DNA of 32,000 nt, taken from the NCBI RefSeq assembly GCF_000195855.1, contig NC_002677.1, forward strand, positions 1,380,001 through 1,412,000, in the 5' to 3' direction. Shown here piece by piece: positions 26,363 to 32,000 of this stretch; position 1 is the first letter of the stretch, and the number at the start of each line of letters is the position of its first letter. Source of the stretch: Mycobacterium leprae TN (lineage in GTDB: Bacteria > Actinomycetota > Actinomycetes > Mycobacteriales > Mycobacteriaceae). A program made the translations under genes and the position numbers. The notes beneath the pieces were generated by a model. It made no database searches. It was given only the letters and a program-made list of their open reading frames with translations, and was not told the origin of the DNA.

Positions 26363-27691
26363 ATGAGTGATCTTATTGAGCGTGTTCGTGAAGTGCTACC
26401 GTTGGTACGACGCGACCTTGAGAATTTGGTCCGGATCGAATCGGTGTGGGCCGATCCTGGCCGGCGGAATGAGGTGCACCGCAGCGCGCAAGTGGTCTTA
26501 GATCTGTTGTCGCAAGCGGGTTTTAACTTTGTGCGTATCGTCAGTGAGGGTGGTGCGCCGGCCGTCATTGCTCGGTATCCGGCCCCACTGGGAACGCCCA
26601 CCGTTTTGCTGTATGCCCACCATGACGTTCAGCCGGAAGGTGACCGCGACCAGTGGGCGTCGCCGCCTTTCGAGCCCACTGAACGCGACGGGCGAATCTA
26701 CGGTCGCGGCAGCGCCGATGATAAAGCAGGCATTGCAACGCATTTAGCTGCGTTCCGGGCGCATGGTGGTCGACCGCCGGTGGGTGTGACAGTCTTCGTG
26801 GAGGGCGAAGAAGAATCCGGATCGCCGTCGCTGGGCAGGTTGCTGGCCGCCCACCGCGATGCGCTGGCTGCTGACGTGATCATAATTGCCGACTCGGATA
26901 ACTGGAGTACCGATGTCCCTGCGCTGACGGTGTCACTGCGTGGCTTAGTCGACTGCGTCGTTGAGGTCGCCACACTTGACCACGGGCTGCATTCCGGATT
27001 GTGGGGTGGCGTGGTTCCTGACGCGCTGAGTGTGCTGATGCGGCTGCTGGCCAGCCTGCACGACGACGACGGCAACGTTGCCGTGGCGGGTCTGCATGAA
27101 AGTACTACTGCTGCAGACGTGAACTATCCGCACGAGCGAGTACGGGCTGACTCTGGCTTGTTGGATGGGGTGTCAGAAATAGGCTCGGGTTCAGTGCCGC
27201 AGCGGCTATGGGCCAAACCGGCGATCACTGTGATTGGTATCGACACCACATCCGTTGCCGCAGCCTCGAACATGCTGATCCCGCGGGCCCGGGCCAAGAT
27301 CAGCATGCGGATCGCGCCGGGCGGTGACGCTGCGGTGCACCTGGATGCGTTGACCGCGCATCTGCAGCGGTATGCTCCGTGGGGTGCCCAAGTCAGCGTT
27401 ATCCGCGGCGAGGTCAGCCAACCGTACGCCATCGAGGCCAGCGGCGGAGTTTATGACACCGCGCGGACAGCGTTCCGGCAGGCGTGGGGTGCTGATCCGA
27501 CCGATATGGGGATGGGTGGCTCGATCCCGTTCATCGCCGAGTTCGCCTCCGCGTTTCCGCAAGCGAAGATCCTGGTCACCGGTGTCGGAGACCCTGCAAC
27601 GCAGGCTCACGGCGTTAACGAGAGCGTGCATTTGGGTGTGTTAGAACGCGCGGCGGTCGCTGAAGCGCTGTTGTTGGCCAACTTGGCCTGA
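26363..27691 (+). CDS. M20-family metallopeptidase / dipeptidase (Rv2522c-like)
   Basis: The 442-aa ORF carries M20 hallmarks: LLYAHHDVQP (metal-binding His-x-Asp), GRGSADDKAG (Asp) and VEGEEESGS (catalytic Glu-Glu). Its position after acpS matches the Rv2523c-Rv2522c order. Confidence 0.9.
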   Translation: MSDLIERVREVLPLVRRDLENLVRIESVWADPGRRNEVHRSAQVVLDLLSQAGFNFVRIVSEGGAPAVIARYPAPLGTPTVLLYAHHDVQPEGDRDQWASPPFEPTERDGRIYGRGSADDKAGIATHLAAFRAHGGRPPVGVTVFVEGEEESGSPSLGRLLAAHRDALAADVIIIADSDNWSTDVPALTVSLRGLVDCVVEVATLDHGLHSGLWGGVVPDALSVLMRLLASLHDDDGNVAVAGLHESTTAADVNYPHERVRADSGLLDGVSEIGSGSVPQRLWAKPAITVIGIDTTSVAAASNMLIPRARAKISMRIAPGGDAAVHLDALTAHLQRYAPWGAQVSVIRGEVSQPYAIEASGGVYDTARTAFRQAWGADPTDMGMGGSIPFIAEFASAFPQAKILVTGVGDPATQAHGVNESVHLGVLERAAVAEALLLANLA

Positions 27692-27699
27692 GTGGCGTC

Positions 27700-28595
27700 A
27701 AAAATCGTGCGGTTCCCGGGCTCTGCTGTCTTGTGTCTGTGGCGGTGAGTTGTTCGGTTGGTTTCATAGGTGGTGGGTGAAATGGCTGTTTTTGCGTTTT
27801 ATGACTGGCCGATATGTTCGGTAGTCGTGGGGGGCAGCCCGGAATCCTGTTGACGTGTTTTGCTGTGTTGCGGGGTTTTTGTTGATGGGTGGCTGACTGC
27901 CTGCTTTCGATGAGGCTTCGTGTGCTTTGCCGCAGTGGACACGATTAGCGCGGCGCACGTAAGCATGTCGGTGGTGGATGCTGCTTGGTCTACATGTTGA
28001 TGATGCCAGGGGCTGGGCACCTGGGCTGTGCTGAAGGCGATATCGATGCAGGCGTGAGTGTGAGGATAGTTGTTAGCGCCGCGGGGTAGGGGCGTTTTAG
28101 TGTGCATGTCATGGCCTTGAGGTGTCGGCGTGGTCAATGTGGCCGCACCTGAACAGGCACGTCCCCGTGCACGGTATAACTATTCGCACCTGATGTTATC
28201 CCTTGCACCATTTCTGCCGCTGGTATCGGTGTCGGCGGCTTGTTGACCGGCCCTCAGCCAGCAAGCAGGCATGCCGCCGGGTGCAGCAGTATCGTGTTAG
28301 TGAACAGTGCATCGATGATCCGGCCGTCGGCGGCACATACGGCAACCTTCTAGCGCAGATCAACCACCCACACCCCACCAGCCCACCACAACACCACCAC
28401 CCAAGGCCTCAATCACCCCAACAATGCCCCGTCCGATGCTGACTCGCACAGGTCGCTGCGGTGCTGTGGCCCGTGTGTCGAACTCATTGGCGTGGTCGGC
28501 AACCGGCTTGGACGCCACGCGTTGCTTGATCCGGTGCGCCGCTGGCGCAAAATGGATACTGGTGTAGTGGCTACGCAATTCGTGTGGTGATTAAA
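27700..28595. repeat. RLEP, the M. leprae-specific dispersed repeat (boundaries approximate)
   Basis: It contains exact matches to RLEP diagnostic oligonucleotides as I recall them. TGCATGTCATGGCCTTGAGG lies at 28103-28122 and the complement of CACCGATACCAGCGGCAGAA at 28212-28231, a 129-bp span equal to the classical amplicon. The qPCR block GCAGTATCGTGTTAGTGAACAGTGCA-TCGATGATCCGGCCGTCGGCG-GCACATACGGCAACCTTCTAGCG lies at about 28287-28353. There is no credible ORF, and a CA-rich tail (CCACCACAACACCACCACCCAAGG) is present. Confidence 0.9.
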
Positions 28596-28849
28596 CAACT
28601 AAACGAATGATGCGTCTGTGTCCCAGTGCGCCGTGGAATTCCCACTAAGTTGCGGTCTTCAGCGACGCTGATAAAAATGCGGATTTCATCGCTTTTACAT
28701 AGATAGGTAATTGATTTGTGGACTATCGGCTTACTCGGGAACAGAACCGTAAATTGGGTTCCGTGCTTAAGTAGATTCACCTGTATGAAACTTACCCCAT
28801 CATCTCACCATCGTTGCAGATCTTGAAGTGCCAACTGTCTACCTGGGAG

Positions 28850-30110
28850 TTGGCAAGAGCAGAAATCGGAGGAATGCCGAATAGAGTAGTGTAGGAGGGT
28901 ACTCTAAATTGTCCTGGCCGACTACATTAGCGTCAGCTCCGATGCGCGGTCCAGCGGCATGTCCGCGACGTCTTGATCGGAGTTTAACGACATCTGTGTA
29001 TCTTACGGAAAGACGATCCGGTGGCAGGGATCTTAATCGGAACAAAGCCGGTTAACCACCTCGTTGTCGTGAAGTAAGCTAAATTGCGGCGAGTATCGCT
29101 TGGGGTGATCGTGTAATACGTTTCGGCTCCGGTAGTTTTCTGTTCAGCCACGGCGGAGATCGTGAACACTCCGCCGCAGAATTGTGTGTTCGTCGATAAG
29201 CAAGTAGATGCGAACGCAACTATTTGCTGCTCGTCCATAAACTGCACGCCCATGATTTCGCAGTGCGCCGAGGTGTAGTCGAGTGACAGAGGGAATTCGG
29301 GAAGGGCTCTCTCGGTAACCTCGAAGAATTTGGCCCACTCGCCTTATCGCGGGGGGATCTATGGTGCGGATGGATGTGTGCTGACGCTGCTCGGATGCAG
29401 TAACCGTGATAGCTGCCCACCTTTGCCAGCTGGAATGGCGCTCCGTCTCTAAACCATAGGGCGTCTCTAAACCATAGGGCGATGTACATAATCTTAACAT
29501 CATGTGAATTTCTGCGAACGCTACGCCGATGACCATAGCGTAGCAATGGAGATGGTCAGTCTTCAAAGAGGCAGGTGAGGTGATCGGCGTGCGGAATGAT
29601 CGAGAACTGGAAGCAAGCCCACTGCAGCCGGTTTGGGGTAGCCGACAGGTGATTTCGCCATTCGCTTGAATCATTTAGCTAGTCATGTCTAATTGGGACA
29701 AACTGGAGATCGCTGGGATTGCTGATCATCCGCCACATGAAGTAGTTGGTGGCAGTATGCTCGAACCAACTGCGGTAGGTATCATGGCAACCCAGGTGTG
29801 CATTGATTGACGTGCGTAATGGTACGGATATCGTATATCGTAGTGAACTGGCATGTCCCAGGAAGAAATAAGCATCCGTGACTTTCTCACAGACCGCGGG
29901 CGGCATATGGGTGATAGTTACGAAGGTGTATGGGCGTGTATATAGAGCTGGCTGGGACGGTGTTCACCAGTGCTTGGTTGGCTTTACCGATCGTTACGGG
30001 GGACGGTTGTCAGGACACGAGCGAGTCCAGTTGTGGCATGTATTCCTGAAGTGGAACAACCTTCACTTCCCCCTACTGTGATCACTTTTCTCCAAGTCGC
30101 TCAGCGATTG
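28850..30110 (-). pseudogene. Condensation-domain acyltransferase (PapA / NRPS C-domain-like) pseudogene
   Basis: Minus-strand fragments in order: ..SINAHLGCHDTYRSWFEH.. (the LxxRHExLRTxF motif); DHLHCYAMVIGVAFAEIHMML (a degraded HHxxxDG active site); ..TPSDTRRNLAYFTTTRWLTGFVPIKIP. The fragments lie in at least three frames with stops. Confidence 0.4.
29444..29479. repeat. Perfect 18-bp tandem repeat x2 (CGTCTCTAAACCATAGGG)
   Basis: Two identical adjacent 18-mers inside the condensation-domain relic. They appear as PYGLETPYGLET in the minus-strand ORF 29144..29674. Confidence 0.95.
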
Positions 30111-30571
30111 CATTTCGCCCGACGGCCGCTACGTCATCGCAACTTCAATGGTTGCTAGCGGTGTGCACAGAAAGCAGGTTTTGAACTGCGATCTTTGCCT
30201 AACACAATTGTCGTGATAACGTCTTTATCACGCCGACGGTCCTGTCGATAGCAATTGAGGCAGAGTTCGGTGCCAGCGGCTAGTTGATAACAAATATGGA
30301 TCGTGATCGCGTGGTAGGTACTATATCCTCTTACCTGTTTAGTTGTTTAGTGGTCGTGCGCAAAAAGCGAAACCCGATCAGTCGGTGCAGGGCTTTCGTA
30401 CCATCGCTGTATGTGCTGGTTTCTCCAGCTAGTGACCTTCGTTAGCTATGACTGAACTTAGGCGATGTAGTGGTGGTTGGATTCGCCGTTTCTGCAGCAT
30501 TTACTTTATCCTGGTCTCACCTCCTTGCGGCTTGCGGTGCCACAACCCGCGCGGATCAGTAGAATCGTCGC

Positions 30572-30784
30572 TAACGGCGTCGATCCGGCCATCACCGGTT
30601 AGCCTTCGGAAGAATAGCGCTACGTCCTAGTAGAAGCCCAGTAAAACCGAACGGGTGGGCCCGTCACAGCCTCGAATGAGTGGCCGTGCGTTCGCGTGCG
30701 GCAAGCGGGGTGGTACCGCGGCGCTCGCGCACCTAGCGCGTCGTCGTCCCCGTGTCTACTTGTGTTAAGTGGCCCAGGAGACGT
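30572..30784 (+). promoter_or_regulatory. T-box riboswitch leader of ileS (actinobacterial translational type, tRNA-Ile responsive)
   Basis: GGGTGGTACCGCG at 30708-30720 matches the conserved T-box core (..GGGUGGUACCGCG..), including UGGU to pair with the tRNA 3' ACCA end. A small hairpin CCGG-CCAUCA-CCGG (30585-30598) presents an AUC Ile codon followed by A near the 5' end. A TAGAAT -10-like hexamer lies at 30560-30565. The AGGAG Shine-Dalgarno lies 5 nt before the ATG. An ileS T-box is known in mycobacteria. Confidence 0.7.
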
Positions 30785-32000
30785 ATGACTAACAGCGCCT
30801 ACCCGCGCACTGATCTGGGCGCCGACCAGCGCGGCGGGTCCCCAAATTTTCCTGCGCTGGAAGCCCAGGTCCTCGATTATTGGTCCAACGACGATACTTT
30901 TCGGGCCAGCATTGCCCGTTGTGACGACGCCCCCGAGTACGTGTTCTATGACGGACCTCCCTTCGCTAATGGCCTGCCACATTATGGGCATCTGCTCACC
31001 GGCTATGTGAAGGACATCGTTCCGCGTTACCGCACCATGTGTGGCTATAAAGTAGAGCGCCGCTTTGGTTGGGACACGCACGGGCTGCCTGCTGAACTCG
31101 AAGTCGAGCGGCAGCTGGGTATCACCGACAAATCCCAGATCGACGCCATGGGAATTGCCGCGTTCAACGAAGCATGTCGCAAATCGGTGTTGCGCTACAC
31201 GGAAGAATGGCAGGCGTATGTAACCCGCCAGGCACGCTGGGTCGACTTCGATAACGATTACAAGACACTCGATCTGTCTTACATGGAGTCTGTGATCTGG
31301 GCGTTTAAACAGCTGTGGGACAAGGGTTTGGCTTACGAGAGCTATCGGGTGTTGCCGTACTGCTGGCGCGACGAAACCCCGCTATCCAACCACGAACTGC
31401 GGATGGACGACGACGTCTATCAAAGCCGCCAGGATCCGGCGGTCACGCTGGGCTTCAAGGTGCTGGGGGGTGACGATGAGGACCTAGTTGGTGCTTATCT
31501 TTTGGTGTGGACGACGACGCCCTGGACTTTACCGTCGAACCTGGCCGTTGCCGTCCATCCGGATGTAACCTATGTCGATGTCAGGGCAGGCGATCGCCGT
31601 TTCGTTTTGGCACAGGCGCGTCTGACCGCCTATGCTCGAGAGCTAGGCGACGAACCTGAGGTGCTTGCCACCTATCGTGGCGCCGATCTGCTGGGCAGGC
31701 ACTATCTGCCGCCGTTCCAGTATTTCTACGAGTCTGCTAGAAATGCATTTCAGGTGCTCCCAGGAGACTTCGTGACTACTGATGACGGCACTGGTATCGT
31801 CCATATCGCGCCTGCCTACGGCGAAGATGATATGGCGACCGCCGATAAGGTTGGCATCGTTCCGGTCACGCCGGTTGACTCTAACGGTTGTTTTGACGCC
31901 ACCGTGCCCGATTACCAGGGGCAACACGTCTTTGAGGCCAACGCCCAGATCATCCGCGATCTGAAGAACCAGAGTGGCTCGGCGGCGGTGAACGGCGCGG
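30785..32000 (+). CDS. ileS: Isoleucyl-tRNA synthetase, N-terminal 405 codons (continues beyond the window)
   Basis: It is not in the ORF track because no stop is reached. From the ATG at 30785 the sequence reads [85 protein letters not shown]..., with the class I HIGH motif (HYGH), and stays open to position 32000. It is near-identical in pattern to Mtb IleS (Rv1536). Confidence 0.97.
   Translation, partial: MTNSAYPRTDLGADQRGGSPNFPALEAQVLDYWSNDDTFRASIARCDDAPEYVFYDGPPFANGLPHYGHLLTGYVKDIVPRYRTMCGYKVERRFGWDTHGLPAELEVERQLGITDKSQIDAMGIAAFNEACRKSVLRYTEEWQAYVTRQARWVDFDNDYKTLDLSYMESVIWAFKQLWDKGLAYESYRVLPYCWRDETPLSNHELRMDDDVYQSRQDPAVTLGFKVLGGDDEDLVGAYLLVWTTTPWTLPSNLAVAVHPDVTYVDVRAGDRRFVLAQARLTAYARELGDEPEVLATYRGADLLGRHYLPPFQYFYESARNAFQVLPGDFVTTDDGTGIVHIAPAYGEDDMATADKVGIVPVTPVDSNGCFDATVPDYQGQHVFEANAQIIRDLKNQSGSAAVNGA

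Noticed and set aside
27799-28598. ORFs of 60-112 aa inside the RLEP element (for example 27799..28137 on the minus strand)
   Set aside because: RLEP is regarded as non-coding. The ORF products are His/Thr/Pro-rich low-complexity strings with no motif and no ribosome-binding context.
30212-30232. Inverted repeat CGTGATAA-cgtct-TTATCACG upstream of the condensation-domain relic
   Set aside because: It is a short 8-bp stem in decayed intergenic DNA next to a dead gene. It is plausible as a fossil operator, but there is nothing to distinguish it from chance or residual structure.
30620-31081. 153-aa minus-strand ORF
   Set aside because: It overlaps the ileS 5' coding region and the T-box leader in antisense. 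The ileS reading is unambiguous.
1-32000. Search for CRISPR arrays, tRNA/rRNA genes, prophage or defence-system cassettes, or an intact novel operon
   Set aside because: The only repeats are 2-5-copy tandem units without spacers, one palindrome and RLEP. I saw no tRNA-like T-arm or anticodon architecture. Every multi-gene stretch outside the known conserved islands is frameshifted or stop-ridden, so I cannot support a functional undescribed system.

Overview
The window looks like Mycobacterium leprae chromosome. It contains a copy of the leprosy-specific RLEP repeat, with exact footprints of the diagnostic RLEP PCR primers as I recall them. It also shows the M. leprae pattern of intact gene islands separated by long runs of decayed genes. 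By my count, intact coding sequence covers about 47% of the window. The intact islands are: (i) a minus-strand PE / PPE / esx / esx secretion-substrate module at 300-2625; (ii) a plus-strand block at 15291-27691 holding a Tat-signal Rv2525c-like protein, the 3076-aa type I fatty acid synthase Fas, holo-ACP synthase AcpS and an M20 peptidase; (iii) the 5' part of ileS from 30785, running off the window end, preceded by a T-box leader. The 12.5 kb between 2.8 and 15.3 kb has no intact gene. By reading across frames I could recognise about 13 frameshifted or stop-interrupted relics: two cytochrome P450s, Zn-ADH, two SDRs, TetR, GntR, FadD-type ligase, LLM oxidoreductase, family III CoA-transferase, alpha/beta hydrolase, a DivIVA/Wag31 paralogue and an IS6110-like orfA fossil. 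A further relic, a condensation-domain (PapA-like) gene, lies between RLEP and ileS. I found no convincing evidence for a novel functional multi-gene system such as defence, CRISPR, prophage or a biosynthetic cluster. The most unusual objects are: a 46-bp perfect palindrome inside the CoA-transferase relic; an in-frame 12-bp x5 minisatellite in the PPE gene; RLEP sitting at an apparent synteny junction; several short tandem or inverted repeats in fossil or live control regions; and about 1.1 kb I could not assign. All homology statements come from visual motif recognition and memory of M. tuberculosis orthologues, not from searches. Pseudogene boundaries are approximate, within tens of bases.
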